Origin: an uncultured archaeon | GTDB lineage: Archaea > Iainarchaeota > Iainarchaeia > Iainarchaeales > 0-14-0-20-30-16 | Reading direction: 5' to 3' | DNA: 5,976 nucleotides | NCBI GenBank assembly: GCA_964565125.1 | Contig: CAZMCX010000049.1 | Span: 1-5,976, forward strand | In this document: positions 5,622-5,976 of the stretch, piece after piece | Layout of the letters: the number at the start of each line of letters is the position of its first letter | Numbering within the stretch: position 1 is the first letter of the stretch | Made by a program: the position numbers and the translations under genes | Notes under the pieces: model-generated | What the model was told of the DNA's origin: nothing | What the model saw: the letters and a program-made list of their open reading frames with translations, nothing else | Database searches by the model: none

Positions 5622-5644
5622 ATATATATTACAAACAAAAAAAA

Positions 5645-5881
5645 TTGACCAAATTACCGCATGAAGTTGAAGAAGCGTTGTTTGATTTATTGTGTGCAAT
5701 GTTTGATAGTGAAAAGAAAAAGGATTATAAAAAAATTATTGCACAAGATATCGCAAACAGAGATGGATATCACAAAAAATATATTTATGAAATATACAAA
5801 ATGATAAAACCTATTCTTGACGGAAAAGAAGACTTAGTTTGGAAATATATTGATTGGGGAAAATTAAAAAAGATAAAATAA
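5645..5881 (+). CDS. hypothetical small protein (78 aa from a TTG start; 60 aa if started at the first in-frame ATG, 5699)
   Basis: ORF-track ORF, but the codon at 5645 is TTG, not ATG, and has no SD. It starts 23 nt after the metG stop. The product is charged and Lys/Tyr-rich, with no recognisable motif. Confidence 0.35.
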   Translation: MTKLPHEVEEALFDLLCAMFDSEKKKDYKKIIAQDIANRDGYHKKYIYEIYKMIKPILDGKEDLVWKYIDWGKLKKIK

Positions 5882-5893
5882 GCTATTATTCTT

Positions 5894-5976
5894 ATGAAGT
5901 TGAATATTAAATATGGTATAAATTATGAATTAAAAAGAGTGGTTTGGACATTAAATCAATTAGATTGGTATTATAA
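5894..5976 (+). CDS. 5' end of an ORF running off the window (MKLNIKYGINYELKRVVWTLNQLDWYY...)
   Basis: ATG at 5894, 12 nt after the previous stop, stays open for 27 codons to the window edge. It is not in the ORF track, presumably because it has no stop. No function can be assigned. Confidence 0.25.
   Translation, partial: MKLNIKYGINYELKRVVWTLNQLDWYY

Noticed and set aside
5444-5638. 64-aa ORF on the - strand
   Set aside because: It is antisense to the 3' end of metG. The product is low-complexity and Phe/Ile/Ser/Lys-rich, with no SD.
1-5976. tRNA or rRNA genes, CRISPR repeats, IS or transposase genes, integrase genes, terminal inverted repeats
   Set aside because: There is no GC-rich 70-90-nt island compatible with a tRNA, no regularly spaced repeats and no ORF with recombinase or transposase motifs. 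All long ORFs are accounted for.

Overview
Strongly AT-rich, tightly packed prokaryotic DNA read with the standard genetic code: TGG encodes Trp, and there is no in-frame TGA in about 1,680 codons of the four large ORFs. I cannot tell from sequence alone whether the host is bacterial or archaeal. The composition, compact spacing and mix of Shine-Dalgarno (SD)-led and SD-less starts would fit a small-genome CPR or DPANN-type lineage, but that is a guess. The left two-thirds is a minus-strand three-gene operon. Gene A (2447..3790) is a radical SAM (rSAM)/SPASM enzyme with an N-terminal PqqD-like RiPP recognition element (RRE). Gene B (1345..2457) is a second rSAM/SPASM enzyme whose start overlaps A's stop by 11 nt. 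Gene C (305..1285) is an amidohydrolase-2-type metal-dependent hydrolase. Sixty-seven nt upstream of A, on the opposite strand, lies a 41-codon ORF (3858..3983) that is absent from the supplied ORF track and has the clearest SD in the window. It encodes a Cys-free, Lys/Glu-rich peptide ending in SSPEY. I read this as a candidate precursor peptide for an undescribed RiPP-like or peptide-derived-metabolite system. The right third holds a compact methionyl-tRNA synthetase (4020..5621), a 78-aa hypothetical ORF and the 5' end of another ORF. I saw no tRNA, rRNA, CRISPR array, transposase, inverted-repeat mobile element or convincing intrinsic terminator. All family assignments rest on motifs recognised by eye, since no database search was possible.
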